Positions 14,024 through 28,319 are shown, numbered from the stretch's first letter. The stretch: DNA of 62,999 bases from Octopus bimaculoides (GCF_001194135.2 NC_068984.1:121305541-121368539); one strand, 5' to 3'. A program made the numbers and translations. Notes: generated by a model from the sequence alone, not told the origin.

Positions 14024-14581
14024 TTGCAACAAGCAAAAATGCTAGTTCTAAAATCTCTCTAAAGAGATCAACGCAGTAGTTGTACTGACAAGTAATATTC
14101 GTAGCCACTTCAACATGGCGGTCCGTTCGAACGGACTCTACTGTAATTTATTAACCCCAAGAGGACATCTGCTCTAGCTGGTTAATGATGCAGAACTGCA
14201 TCCGATAAATTGCGAGCAGGGAGGGTGGGGTGCGAACCTACCACCTTCTAGCGACGAGACCAGCAAACCAGTCCTGGTTTCGGGCTATTTCTGCCACTCT
14301 TCAATACTAAACACCTCAAAATGCTAGAGATAGCAGTAGCCACTACAACATGGCAGTCCATTTGAAGGAGGTAGAGGTTCGCACACCTGCTCGCAATGTA
14401 TCAGATACAGCTCTGTACCATTAACCAGCTAGACGAGATGTCTCCTTGGAGTTAAAAAACCGCAGTAGAGTCCTTTCGAACGGACAGCCATGTTGAAGTG
14501 GCTACGAATATTACTTGTCAGTACAATTACTGTGTTGATCTCTTAGAGAGATTTTATAACTAGCATTTTTGTTTGTTGCAA
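14024..14581. mobile_element. Fold-back/MITE-like element with ~210-bp imperfect inverted arms
   Basis: 14024-14240 is approximately the reverse complement of 14374-14581. Further partial copies at 14622-14881 and 28334-28584. Confidence 0.8.
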
Positions 14582-14621
14582 AATCAGCGACTGTGTGTTC
14601 GCTTGAAATATATATATATAG

Positions 14622-14881
14622 TGCGAGCAGAGGTGAGCTACTGCTGTCTCTAGCAGACGAGGTGTCCGATACTAAAGAGTGGCAGAAATAGCCCGAAACC
14701 AGGACTGGTCTGCTAGTCTCACCGCTAAAAGATAGCAGGGGTTCGCTCCCATGCTCGCAGTTTATCGGATGCACCTCTGCATCGTTAACCAACTAGAGGA
14801 GATGTCCTCTTGGGGTTAAAAAATCGCAGTAGAGTCCGTTCGAACGGACAGCGATGTTGAAGTGGCTACGAATATTACTTG
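14622..14881. mobile_element. Second partial, inverted copy of the fold-back element
   Basis: Reverse complement of about 14090-14350. Contains the perfect palindrome GTCCGTTCGAACGGAC at 14834-14849. Confidence 0.8.
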
Positions 14882-15859
14882 ATTTATAATTGTATTATCC
14901 ATATAAATAGATTCAATAAACCTTTTGAATTCAAACAATCTATATTTTTTTTCTTTTCGAATCAAGGTGGTAACGTCTGTGTAAATAAATATATTTTGAG
15001 GTAATTGTTAGAGAAGTTCCTCGATCCCTGCTATAACCATATTGCGTAAGAATCTTTATAGTGAAAATGAAGATAGAAATTATCCAATACAGTTCTTGAG
15101 AAGACGATTACTTGCAATGTTTCACCTACAAAACTGTTCGATATCATTCATACCACTGAAATCAATTCGGTCGAACCCGTGTGTAAACTTATGAAAATGA
15201 AAAAACTTCCGTTTAGTGCAGCATGTATAGAAAAGGTGAAGGGGGAATAAGCCACATGTTGAAGTACATGGACTCATAGACTTCTTTTCAATGACTGAGA
15301 TTTTTTTAAATTCCCTAAGATTCACTAACTTGACTCATCGGAACCGGTGTTAATGACAAATCTGGTAGGGTCCCGACTCTGAACGCACGCTAATGATGTA
15401 CATTTTAAAGAATATTTTAAGACTTAAAAATTATAAATTTTTTCATATAAATTTGAGCCAGGAGCCGGATTAAACATTGCCACGGACTAAACATTGACAT
15501 CCCTGGTATAAACAATATCATTAGCAATAGTAGCAGCGAATCAGAAATATCTGCTAAAGAACAATTTGCAAAGTGTATGTTATTAACGTAATTGTCAATA
15601 TATTTTTAGTATATGTAATTTTAAAGCGATATGAACTTAAAGTACGATTTTATGAGTGATCAACCTAATCTACTCGACACAGTTGTTGTCCTGAAAATTG
15701 AAAAGAATAGAAATATAAAATTCTTTAATAAAATGATGAAGTTGAATGATTTCATATTGATTTTAGTCACGCCTCTGCAAAAAAAAAACACAATATCAAG
15801 TAACGTCTCTATTTATAGCATAACACTTACCTTTGACACAATTTGTGGTAGTTTTTGTT

Positions 15860-16047
15860 TTCACTACTGCTACAGCTGCAATAGTGACTGCTACTTCTAT
15901 TACTACTACTATTACCACTGCTGCTACTTTTACTACTACGACTATTATTACTGCTACAACTACCACTTCTATGCAACTATTATTACTTTTACTATTACTA
16001 TTACTTTCACTGCAACTACTATAACAATAATAATAATAATAATGATG

Positions 16048-16098
<51 letters not shown>

Positions 16099-16145
16099 GT
16101 GGTTATGATGACGAGGATGACGACAACAATGACGATCACAATGAT
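15860..16145. repeat. Compound trinucleotide microsatellite (ACT/ATA/ATG)
   Basis: Direct inspection. Confidence 0.9.
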
Positions 16146-16994
16146 AATGGTGCTCTCTTTTATTCAATAAAGACAAGGTCAAATAAAGAAGTTCACCCCT
16201 TTGTAAATATATTGATCTGTTTTGTTTCCCTGTGCATGATAAATGAGATGTATTAAATTAATTATTTAATATGCTTGTTTACATTTATTCCAATGCAAAA
16301 ACCAAATATTTATTTTAAAAAGTACATACATATATATAGAAAACAAATAACAAACGAAAAAAGGAAAATTATTTTTAAACATTATATTGAATACTCCCAC
16401 TATAGTACGTCACAGGAGTAACAGATAATATCGCTGCCATCATTAAATTCAAAAAATATGATTATACCAAAAAATATTGAATTTAATATTTCATAGTATC
16501 ACATTAATATTTGATCCGGCAGGCTGGAGGTTTTTGTCAAAATATTTGTGATAAAAACCAAGAAAAAATTCAAAAGGATTGTCGGTTATCAAGTATTTTT
16601 TCACAGCGATAATAACATTAACGAGAAGTTTATTCATATAAAAACAGTTTTAACAGGTATATTGACCTAATTCATTTTTATAATGGAGCTAGTGTAAATA
16701 TATACATATATATATAAGCAAAACACTGCTAGCCTCTAGTTTACTTTATCTATCAGACCTCTCGAAGTAACACATACCTCATATCATCAGTTACACTAAA
16801 CACCTCTCCGAAGCAATGAACTAGAAGTAACTCATACCTAACTCCGTCTCTTATATCAACCTTTTATCTGAATTACTGAAGTACAGTTAACTCGTACATC
16901 ACACCAGCCCTTATACCAACCACTTCTTTGATGAAACGAAAGAAAAAAATAAGAGAACGAGAGTTGTTTTCTGGCCAAAAAAAGAGTATCGCCA

Positions 16995-17250
16995 TGGTCT
17001 GGTCTAGTTAGGTCTAATACCATCTAGTTTGGTGTGGTGTCGTGTGGTCTGGTCTGGTCTGGTCTGGTCTGGTCTAGTCTAGGCTTATCTGGTCTGATTT
17101 ATTATAGTCTGGTTTGCTCGGTTCTGGTCTTGTCTGGTCTGGTCTGGTTTGGCTTTGGTCTGGTCTAGTTTGGTTTGATCTGATCTAATCTGGTTTGGTC
17201 TGTTTTTCCCCGGTCTGGTCTGGTTGGAGCTAGTTTGATCTGATCTACTC
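16995..17250. repeat. Degenerate (TCTGG)n pentanucleotide tandem repeat
   Basis: Runs of GGTCT with TTTGG, TCTAG and TCTGA variants. Confidence 0.9.
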
Positions 17251-18220
17251 AGCCTGCTGCATTGATGTCCAAAAATACCTTCTTTGCGTACGACGGTGTC
17301 ATTGTATATCGGCTGGTCTTGTTGTTCAACAAAAGAGTTCTACATGATCGTTCGGCCTGCTGGAAATGGCACTGGAATGTACTTCAGATCACATCCTGCC
17401 GTCTTCAATAGAGAATAGATAGGAAAATGTAATTCCTACCAGATACGCAAAGACTGAACGTTCACGCTTTGAACAGTGTCCATTACTTTCTAATGTTAAA
17501 GTTAAGGTTCAAATATTTCACTTATGGAAGAAACTAATCTGTATGGAATTCTACTCGTCAACTGAAACAGTTTGCTCGTGGGTTCGATTCCATCCTCATC
17601 ATACTATTTACGTTTACTTTTTTCGAAATATCTCTATGTTATTCCAAAAGAAACAAACTAACACCTCTATGACACTGACTATTGCACCTAAAACCCATCC
17701 TAAGTGAAGACTTTGAAAATAATTAAAATTCTGACTTTCTCAATGACCGAGAAAACAAGGATATATTGTTTAAATTCATGCTTAACTCTCTCCTCTGCTC
17801 TCTCTCTCTCACTCTCTCTCTCTCTCTCAGTTTTCTTATGCACAATTCTCTCCAACCACTCCCATCTCCATCACCAACGATCTCATGCTATCAACAATAG
17901 GGATCAGACAACCTAATAACATTTAACACCCAAGTCGCAACCTCTTCTATCACTGTTGTTCCACTACAAATCTGCAAAGGAACACTAGTAATTAAAACAT
18001 TTCATACAAGGTATACACGTCTCTATTTATCCTGCTGTCAGCGTGGATGTAAAACTTTTAAACTAAAAATATATTGAGCAATTACATAACCTATACAAAA
18101 CATTTCATTTGTAGCTATGACTTGTTAAATAACCTCAGGTCATCAGTTTATTATTCGTCATTAAATATAAAACTTTTATAAGCTTTACATGTAATTCATA
18201 ATATGATTCTTAGTTGTTAA

Positions 18221-18395
18221 AAGCGGCGAGCTGGCAGAATCATTAGAGCGTCGGAGAAAATGCTTTGCAGTATTTCTTTGTTCTGAGTTCAAATCCTGTC
18301 AGGACCAACTTTGTCTTTCATCCTTTCAGGGTCGATAAAATAAAGTACTTGTCAAATAGTAGGATCAATGGTATCGACTTAACCCTCTTCTCAAC
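18221..18395 (+). mobile_element. SINE family A
   Basis: AAGCGGCGAGCTGGCAGAATC...GAGTTCAAATCC...CATCCTTTCAGGGTCGAT. Confidence 0.85.
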
Positions 18396-20270
18396 AGTTC
18401 TTCCTTCGCAACTGAATTAAAAACTATTTTTAGTTGTTGACGTTGTTAGATGAATTGATCTTAGCAATGTAAATACCTCAAATGTTAATTGTTCTTCGAT
18501 TGCTTCAACTAATAATGCACTTTCTTTTCTGCTGTCAGATAGGTGTGGATATTAAATTTTAAGTGTCTTGCCAATGACGCATCACATTTTCATTAATAGA
18601 ATACAAATCAACGATACTTCAAATTAGAGTTCGATAACTAATTATTATGGACATTGCGACTACTTCATGTTATTGATGCTTTCATACCTCTATTTTAGGA
18701 CTTAATATTTCTTAATTCAGAAATCGCTTGGGTTAATTTTTCCTTTGGCACCTTCTTATTTGACATAATGAATATCGGTAAAATATCGGAACTTATTAAA
18801 ACTGTTATGTTTACAACAATTCTGTATATGAGATGATACACATCCAAAAATAAGTCGTATAAATATGATTTGAACATTTTATAATAGTGAGAGATAATTA
18901 CTAATTCTTTGATTCAGTTTATATAATTTCACATATCTCTAGTAATTGGCTCTTACGTGTCTCCTTTAATTATCGAACAGAGTAGGATTTGTCTATTTCT
19001 CTATGTCTTTAATTCAATATGGTTTATCGTGGAGGAACCAATAGTTTTAATCCCCTTTCGGATGATTTGAGAATAATTTCTTCATGTGAATTTCTATCCT
19101 AATCTCTCATGTTAATATTACTATCATAAGCTTCACTTACAAATGTTAATTTAAGAGGTGAAAAAACATCCAAAATTTTTCAATTAAACTAATATCAATA
19201 GAATCCAACTGATGTTTAAAGAACTGCTTGCTAAGTAAACAACCAAACTTAATAAATTTCTTACCTCAGTCTAATTTAATCTTAAACAATCCTGTTGAAT
19301 TGAGTACATTGTTTTAGTTGATTCCAAGATGAAATTTCAAATGATCTCGATGATTATGCGAAAAACTCATTAAGTATAAACAACAAATATATTTTTAGAT
19401 TTTCTGTAGTAAAACTATCAGATGCAAACAAAATCTGGTACTTTTATTACGCTTAAGTTCTCAACTTATTAGTTACAAATCTCTATTCAACTGAATTGTC
19501 TTGAATTGGGATAACTTCTGTGTTATTGTTTATTTCATGTATTGTATTTCACTGAAAGTAAAATATTTTTGTAAAAATATAGATATGAACAATAAAGCAG
19601 AAATAAATTACTATTAGTTTACGAACGCAGGTCTTTTATGTTTAATCTTTCCTGAATTTGCCATGAGATCAAAATATGAAATGCCGGTCTTTGTATATTT
19701 TACTAAGACTTAAAAAGAAGATATCAAATCCAAACAGGTGGATTGTTTTACTTCAATTGAAAACGATGATAAAGATAATCTAGCTCCATACAAAATTTAC
19801 TCCATTTCATTTTGGAAAGGAACTTTTGAAGACCAGACAGGAAAAATAAACCAGTTTATTCTGAATAAAATGAAAACAACGATGTTATTTTCAGAGGTGA
19901 AATTTCATCTCGAACTTGTTGGTATAAAAACTGAACAATTTCCGCCTTGTTATTTGATTTCTATTGAAGACAGTTTCTAATTTGATGGCTTGACATACTT
20001 TTGAGTAAAGTTCTACGTAGATAAAATTGTTTGAAGTTTCTTAAAAATTAGCTTTTGCTTTAAATATTAATGTCCTTTTACATAGCAGACAATAGATAAC
20101 TAACTACAGTATCTGAATTCAGCACTTACAATTTATCATGAGTTAACTGTCAGCGTTATTATCTAAAGCGTTTCTTTATAGCTTCTGCATCAATTCAGTT
20201 CTCTTTTTATTTCACTTTGAAGTGAAATAATTATGTCTATCCATTAGGATTCAGACTAAGAGTAGTTATA

Positions 20271-20870
20271 ATAATCCTTTCTATTATAGGCACAAGGCCT
20301 GAAATTTTGAAGGAGAAGGCGAGTCGATTACATCGACTCCACTGTTCAACTGGTGCTTATTTTATCTCCCTCAAGGGATAAAAGGCCAAGTCGACCTCAG
20401 TGAAATTTGAACTTAGAACATAAAGCCGAAAGAAATAGAGTGTGACATTTTGACCGTGCTAACGATTCTGCCAGCTCGCCGCCTTTATAATGGTTTCAAA
20501 TTTAGGAACAGAGCCAGAGTTTTTGAAGGAAGGGGAATTCGGTTACATCGACCTCAGTAGTTCAATGGTTCTTATTTTACAGATCCCGAAAGAGGGAAAA
20601 CTGGACCACGATGGCATTTGAACTCAGAATGTAAACTGCCGGAAGAAATGCTCTAAAGCATTTGTCGGCGTGCTTACTATTCTGTCAGCTGGCCGATATG
20701 AAATTCTGACTGATAACAAATGTGATAATGATTTCAGTTAGCACAAGGTTACGACTTTTGATAACTATAACAATCAATTGACTCAGTTTATCGACTCCAC
20801 ATGTATGGAAACAAAGAAAAGCTCACTTCAAGCCGTAAAGGAACGATTCTGCTCGCACTATAATATTCTC
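20271..20870 (-). mobile_element. Head-to-tail array of 2-3 family A SINEs
   Basis: Copies at about 20271-20485 and 20487-20696, plus a degraded third copy. Confidence 0.8.
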
Positions 20871-22136
20871 TTTTACTTTGTTTGATGACTCTACAAAAAT
20901 AGAGCAAACATTTTTCTTTGCTTTGTTGAACTCTGTGTGTGTGTGCGTGTGTGCAAGACATGAATATGAGTTAAGGGAAATAATTCAGATTAGCTAGTGG
21001 CATGTATTTGAACAACAAAAAAGAATAATGATTTATTAAATAACATCCAGAAATGGTAGAACAATCATTTGGTAGCTATTTGGATCATCTCCAGATAAGA
21101 AAGGGAGATAATCTCAAGCATTCAGGCTACTCGAAAACTGACATATTGATTACCTGGAGACAAAGAAGACATCTGTGGACAAGTTCCGATGATGCTTCAA
21201 TTGGCATCATTAATATACTCTACCTTAATCATTCTATATTGAGAAAAAGAGAAAGGGAACATTACTTAGCACATATTTTCGGTCTTCCGTCTTAATACAG
21301 AAAATCGATATATAATATATTTTAAGACGCTGAGTGCAACAAACGACAGAATATAGGAATTAAGTGCCTTATAAAATTTAATTGCGTACTTCTATTTTCT
21401 AGGTTGAACTCTCATTTCGCTGATGTTATATTTCAACCCTCTGGCTGATAAATATATCAAAGTTAATGTATCAAAGTTAATTCATTCTATTGTGCTTCTC
21501 CCAGCTTAAACAATTCACATGGTACCAAGTTAAAATAAATCGATATTTCACATATTTCAAGATACCGACATATATTGCATAAACAAAAATGATGAAGCTT
21601 CCAGGCAGCCGAGTTACAAACATACTGTTATAAACGCTACACAATTTCATTCCGTTTTTCTAAAATGAAAGGCCTTGGGCTACATCAACATATATTCATA
21701 AATTATTTTAAAAGAGAAATTAGGCATTTCAAACTTAATTTTGTGTTTTAAATTGAATATATCACTTAGTATTTGGTTGAAGACATCACTTTTAAAAATA
21801 ATGCGGGAAGAATTAGAATATAATCCATTTTCAAAATACATTTCATTACAATTTATTTAGTAATTGGTTTCTTTTTCGTTATAACACTAACATACATCAA
21901 AAGGGAGCATATTTCACTGGGTCGTACGAAGTTACTCATCAACACGCTTCCCTTGTTGCCTTTTATATTGTTATTACAGTGGCCTCTGCTCCGTGAAGTT
22001 AACTCATTAGTTACCAACGACATTCTGACAGTCTTCGTCTTGCCATCACTCATTAGCCATTTTATCTCCACACCATCTCCAACTTACCGTATAATAAACT
22101 AATAAACTATGTGCATAAATATGTATATCCGGGTAC

Positions 22137-22194
<58 letters not shown>

Positions 22195-22459
22195 TCAATT
22201 TTATTCTATCAACGGAACAGCCTACTCGGGAAATTAGCGTACAAGTGGCTGAGCACTCCACAAACGCGCCTACCGTTAATAGAGTTCTCAAGGAGATTGA
22301 GTATGACACAGAATGTACAACTCATTTTTGCTGGCGGAGTGAACTACAGCAACACGAAATAAAGTAACTTGCTCAAGAGACACAACACGCCGCCAGAAAT
22401 CGAACTCACAAACTTACGATCGTGTACCGATTACCCTAACCATTAAACAACACGCCTTT
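22195..22459 (-). mobile_element. tRNA-derived SINE, family C
   Basis: Reverse complement GGCGTGTTGTTTAATGGTTAGGG...GAGTTCGATTTC (A/B boxes) followed by GTGTCTCTTGAGCAAG. Confidence 0.7.
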
Positions 22460-22654
22460 ATTATATATATATATATATATATATATATNNNNNNNNNNNN
22501 NNNNNNNNNNNNNNNNNNNNNNNNNNNNNNNNNNNNNNNNNNNNNNNNNNNNNNNNNNNNNNNNNNNNNNNNNNNNNNNNNNNNNNNNNNNNNNNNNNNN
22601 NNNNNNNNNNNNNNNNNNNNNNNNNNNNNNAATCGATAGGTAGGACTACATACT

Positions 22655-23666
22655 TTAGTATTTAGTTGACATTCCCTTTGCAGTTTTTAATTCAGAAACT
22701 CTTTTTGGCATTGAACTGATGAGTTTTGTGATTGCCTCTTGTGGAATTTCTGCCCACTTTTCACGCAACAGTCGAAACAATTCATCTTTAGATTTAAGTT
22801 TCTGTTCAGTTTTTTTCGTATAGCTCTGTCTAGTATGCTCCAAAGATTTTCAATTGGGTTCATGTCAGGTGATTGGCTCACCAAGGAAGCTTTTTGATCC
22901 CATTTTCAGTCAACCATTGTTGATTCCTTTTCGCTGTATGACATGGAGCCCCATCTTCCATGAATAAAAACTCATTTTTCGTTATGTTATCGTTTGAATA
23001 CATCGGAAATAGTCCTTGCTTAAGTATTTCTATGTATTTTTCAGAGTTTATGGTTCCAACACATTCGATCAGCTCAGAACGACCATTGCTGGTGACAGCT
23101 CCCCATAACATTACAGAGATACCGCCATATTTCACAGTTAGTTGGAGTCGTTTCAAATCAAATTCTTGATTGGGAAGCCTCCAGACCCAAACACGTGCAC
23201 TGTCTGATAATAATGCAAATCTGGATTCATCTGAGAAAATCACTCTATCCCAAAATTAACTGGATTTTTCTGACATCTCCTTAGCCCATTTCTTTCTTTT
23301 CATGATATTAATTGGTTGAAGGAGAGGTTTTCTTCTAGCTGTTCGTCCATAATACCCAAGCTTATGCAGATATGTAACACACGTTCTTGGACTAACTTCT
23401 AGCTGTATTGCAATGTCAGAAGCCTTCGTTTTACACAATTCTCTTCAAACAGCGAAGCTTCCTTTCCGAGGACCCAGGTCGGCCGGGACGAGAATCTGTT
23501 GATTCTTTTCCTTGGCTTTTGAATTGCACTATAATTCTATTAACAGCAAAAAGAGGAATTTGAAGATTTTCGGCAATTTTTCGCTGATAAGACCAGCCTC
23601 AGATTGCCCAACAATACGACCGCTTTGAAAATCTGACAGTTCTGCTGAATTTTTTGTGCGTGGCAT
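22655..23666 (-). mobile_element. Tc1-family (DD34E) transposase pseudogene
   Basis: MPRTKNSAELSDFQSGRIVG start; IFSDESRF, FMEDGAPCH, SQSPDMNPIENLW; stop ...GMSTKY*. Several frameshifts. The left end abuts an N-gap. Confidence 0.92.
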
Positions 23667-24530
23667 GGTTACTATTCGCAAATGCTTAATATAATGGCAC
23701 CTGGAAGGAAACAGAATAATTCCATTGTAAATTCTACACCGCTGAAAACATATTAAGACGCTTAGATCAGAAATTTCGAAAATTAAAGGTGTATATTTAC
23801 TTCCTGCATGTCTGTGTATATATGCCTTTATGATATCTATATAGATATATAGATATACATATATAAATATGCATGCACGTAAATATACATTGCATATATA
23901 TGGATTAGCCTGTTTGTGTTATGTATGCATAAACGTATGTATGTGTAACATATATATCCGTTTTTATGAAAATGATTTCTATTTAAACGTACTCTATACA
24001 TATAATTAGAAAATTATTATATTTATGTTTCATAGTTTTCCTTTTATGTATTGTATATGTATGAAGTTATATGTGTGTATGTGGGGTATTTCGTATTTCT
24101 TGTATAGTGTAAGTATATTATATACATTCATAAGTGTGTATATATGGATATATATTTTTAGATATGTGTGAGTAGATATTTGGTATACCAAATAGATACA
24201 TACATACATACATACATACATACATACATAGAAAGAGGAGTAGGGAGAGGCATGTGAATTTGTGTGATGGTGTGGGTTGACTTTAACGGCAACTACGCTG
24301 CTGTAAGCATCCAGAACTCTCTTCCAATTTGAGGCTATCTTCCTGCTTTACCTCCCGCCAATCTCAAATGCCCTGATAAATAAATCATTTCTCCATACGA
24401 AGAAATGAAGGATAAATCCAAACCTCGGACATGTCGAATTTATCAACCTAACTATGACATCAATTATAGTAAATTATTAAAATAATTTATACTATTACTT
24501 GGTTAAAAGATATTTATTATATTTAGAAAC

Positions 24531-24944
24531 AAAGGGCCGAACTGGCAGAATCGTTAGCACACCGGGCTAAATGCTTCGCGGCATTTCGTCTGTCTTCATG
24601 TTCTGAGTTCAAATTCCGCCGAGGTTGACTTTGCTTTTCATCCTTTCAGGGTCGATAAATTAAGTACCAGTGAAACATTGGGGTCGATGTAATCGACTAG
24701 TTTCCTCCCCTAAAATTTCAGGCCTTGTACCTATAGTAGAAAGGATTGTATATAGAAACAAAGCAGCGACAGTATCGTTAGCGCATCGGATTCTTCTGAC
24801 TACGTTTTGCATTCAAATTCCGTCGACGTCCACTATGCCCTTCAAGGTCAGCAAAATAAGTACCAGCTAAGTGCTGGAATAGATGTTATCGACTTGTCCC
24901 TCCCCTGAAATTGCTGGCCCTGTGCCAAAATTTGTAACCATTAT
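24531..24944 (+). mobile_element. Tandem pair of family A SINEs
   Basis: Copies at about 24531-24748 and 24760-24944, with the two 3'-end subtypes (..TAGTAGAAAGGATT and ..AAATTTGTAACCATT). Confidence 0.85.
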
Positions 24945-25622
24945 ATATAGAAATAGAGTTGCGTAACTTCCATTCTCTCATGATCATTACCGGAGTAATG
25001 TTGAAACTGAATCGCGTTCTGCTCAACAGAAACTTATTTCTATAACACCTGATACGATATAAAAATTCTTTACAAAGTATGAGGTGAAATAACATCCGTT
25101 TGCTCTATGAATATTTATATTATTGTAGTCTGTAAATATCCTATAAATCTTTCAAAATGTGTGAACGAGTTATAAAATATTGTTTCTTTTATAACACTTC
25201 TTTTTGTACATTTATATCACAACTAGAAAAGTTTTCAGAAAATATTGGATCATTTATTGTTTCACCATTTTATAGGTACTTCGTGAAAATATAAAGATGC
25301 TTGTTGAACAACGTAACCAGTTGTAAAACCACAGCTCGTCTGCTAATTTTACTTTGTAAATAATTAGAAATAAAGCTTGTAATTTAGCACACAATGCCAA
25401 CAAATTTGAGGGATGGACGTTATTCGATAATATCAACCCCAGTACTGGACTAGTACTTTATCTTGCCGAACCTGAAAGGATGAATGATAAAGTTGGCCGC
25501 GTAGGGATTTAAACTTAAAGCAAAAGAAGTCGGAAGAAATGCCTCAATGTTTTTTTTTTTCTTTTTTCTGCTGCTTTAAAGATTCTGCAAGTTTACAGTT
25601 CTCATTAAAACAAAATAATGAT

Positions 25623-25785
25623 AGGCGCAGGCATATGGATGTGTGGTAAAAGGCTTGCTTCCCAACCACATGGTTCTAGGTTCAGTCCCACTGTGTGGCA
25701 CCTTGGACAAGTGTCTTCTACTATAGCTTCGAGCCAACTGAAGCCTTGTGAGTGGATTTGGTAGACGGAAACTGAAGTAAGCCCG

Positions 25786-25822
<37 letters not shown>

Positions 25823-25975
25823 CGTGCGTGTCTTTGTGTCTCTGTCCACCACCACCGCTTGACAACAGGTGCTGATGTATTTACGTTCCCGTAACCAAGC
25901 GGTTCGACAAAAGATATTGATAGAATAAGTACTAGGATATAAAAAGAACGTACTTGGGTTGATTCTCTCAACTAA
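25623..25975 (+). mobile_element. tRNA-derived SINE family B with internal (TG)n
   Basis: AGGCGCAGG...GGTTCAGTCCCACTG.GTGGCACCTTGG.CAAGTGTCTTCTACTATAGC...(TG)n...CGCTTGACAAC. Related copies at 52270-52540, 52685-52990 and 60735-61039. Confidence 0.85.
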
Positions 25976-26452
25976 AAAATTTTTCCAAGGAAAATGCTAT
26001 GAAGATTTCATTTTCGTATAATGATTCGAGAGTGCATGCACTTCGATAGATTTTTTTGGTTCATCTCACTCACAGAATTATTTCAATATACTCTACGAGC
26101 TAACGAAACACTCACCAGTTTCCGCCAACATCATAGCTCCACCTTGTGCTGTAATCAAAATTGGTTCCGAATTCAAAACCTACAAGGTCATCATTATTTT
26201 TTATCTGTTCTAGGTTCAATAGAATAAGTATTGCACTATACATATACAGATGCTGGATCAATGAAAACACCACCACTTCTTGTATTAATTATTTTGAAGC
26301 GACTTAAATAGCGAATATCTCAATTCAGTTGAATGTAGTGGAATACTGAAGCCATGGTCTCGATAACTTTTTGTATTTGAGTTCATTTATGTATGCTATC
26401 TATATGCATACATACATACGTACATACATACATACATACATACATACATACA

Positions 26453-26485
<33 letters not shown>

Positions 26486-26980
26486 GTATGTATATACACA
26501 AACACAAACACACAAATATCTTTGAAAATAAGATCATCTTAAATCTAAAATTATTANNNNNNNNNNNNNNNNNNNNNNNNNNNNNNNNNNNNNNNNNNNN
26601 NNNNNNNNNNNNNNNNNNNNNNNNNNNNNNNNNNNNNNNNNNNNNNNNNNNNNNNNNNNNNNNNNNNNNNNNNNNNNNNNNNNNNNNNNNNNNNNNNNNN
26701 NNNNNNNNNNNNNNNNNNNNNNNNNNNNNNNNNNNNNNNNNNNNNNNNNNNNNNNNNNNNNNNNNNNNNNNNNNNNNNNNNNNNNNNNNNNNNNNNNNNN
26801 NNNNNNNNNNNNNNNNNNNNNNNNNNNNNNNNNNNNNNNNNNNNNNNNNNNNNNNNNNNNNNNNNNNNNNNNNNNNNNNNNNNNNNNNNNTGTGTGTGTG
26901 TGTGTGTGTGTGTGTGCTTGCGTGTGCGTATATAAATGATTTAATAACATCTTGAGCGTTTGTCTCCATTTTACATTTTT

Positions 26981-27014
<34 letters not shown>

Positions 27015-28270
27015 GCGCGGTCGGTACTTAAATGTGTAATGATTCTTTTTTTTACTACAGCAATTGTTGCATGATGTCGAATTCACGGAATATATTTTTC
27101 GAGAATTGTACAAAATCTAACCACTTTGCTTAATACGTGACAAATCTCGTTGGAAAGTATCAAAACAAAATCAGGAAAAGTGTATTTAACCGATGATTTA
27201 AAGTTGCAATATATTTTTTATCAGATCCTTTATTATGCAGAACTGTGTGTTGTTTTGAAAAACGTGTGTTTCTCGTCAAAAGCACTGACAGCTAAAATAT
27301 AATAGTTATGGCTACTTGCCATGTTATCTTATTAACGTTGTATCCCTTGACAACCTTAACATTATGTCTACATTATGTGAAGTCTATGAATAAAAAATAT
27401 ATGAAACTAATGTGAAACTAATAAGTATATGAAACTAAGTTTCTAAATCTATCACCTTAACAATTTCTACAGAATCTAATCATTTTATAAGTGGTCTTAT
27501 GAATCCCCAATAGTTAACTTTTACCACTATATCGATTGCAAGCTAGATGGTGGTATAAAGTTCGTTGAAATTCGGTTAAGCAACAACTTCTTACCTTTTT
27601 TGATTGATGCAATCCACTGAGAGAGGGAACGTTTCGAAAAGATTTTTGCTTTATTTGTGTAATTATCAAATTCTCGCCTGTCTACAGAAAATTTTTAATT
27701 ATTACTATGCTGCACTAAGGTCATTACTTTTAAACCACAAGAAATTATTGAATATGTCTAAAGAAATGGACGAATCTTCGGAATAATAATTGTTGTTTGA
27801 TTTCAATATAAGCAACAAATGATTTAGACTGCTTATATTTGACTAGAAAGATTTCTACTGCGTTTTGAATAAAATGTCAGATCTCAGTCAGAAGCTTAAG
27901 TATTATGTTACAAAATCAACTACATTAATAATTCAGCTATTCAAACTAATTCTAAACATTGACGTTAAAATCTCCATAAAGAGTTGATGTGGCATATCGT
28001 AACTGATTTAATTTTTTCACACAAAAAAATAATCTAAAATGTTTAGCAACGGCGAGAAGATTAATAAATTAACGAATTGTTTGAAATTGAGGCTACGTCA
28101 CCTTTAAATTACAACCTGCCGTCATTAAAAAGACAAGAAAGTATTGGGTATCGTACTTTTAGATATTCCTAAAAAAAATTCATTACTGTAATTCTTGTGA
28201 TAAGGCTGATTGGCCAGGGTTGACATGGAGATAAACAGTAACTTGAAAATTTAGAGAGGTTACGACAAAC

Positions 28271-28319
<49 letters not shown>

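Noticed and set aside
15631-16182. Poly-Y/I/T ORFs, and likewise the many CV, HT, YI and SL repeat ORFs elsewhere
   Set aside because: Microsatellite translations with no coding signal.
16995-17250. Telomere-like repeat
   Set aside because: TCTGG is not the TTAGGG repeat expected for molluscs, and the array is highly degenerate.
19738-19980. 80-aa ORF DCFTSIENDDKDNL...
   Set aside because: No recognisable motif, no ATG start, and no splice context I could support.
20271-20870. CRISPR-like repeat-spacer appearance of recurring GGCAGAATCGTTAG units
   Set aside because: These are tandem ~200-bp SINEs in a eukaryotic genome, with no regular short repeats, unique spacers or cas genes.
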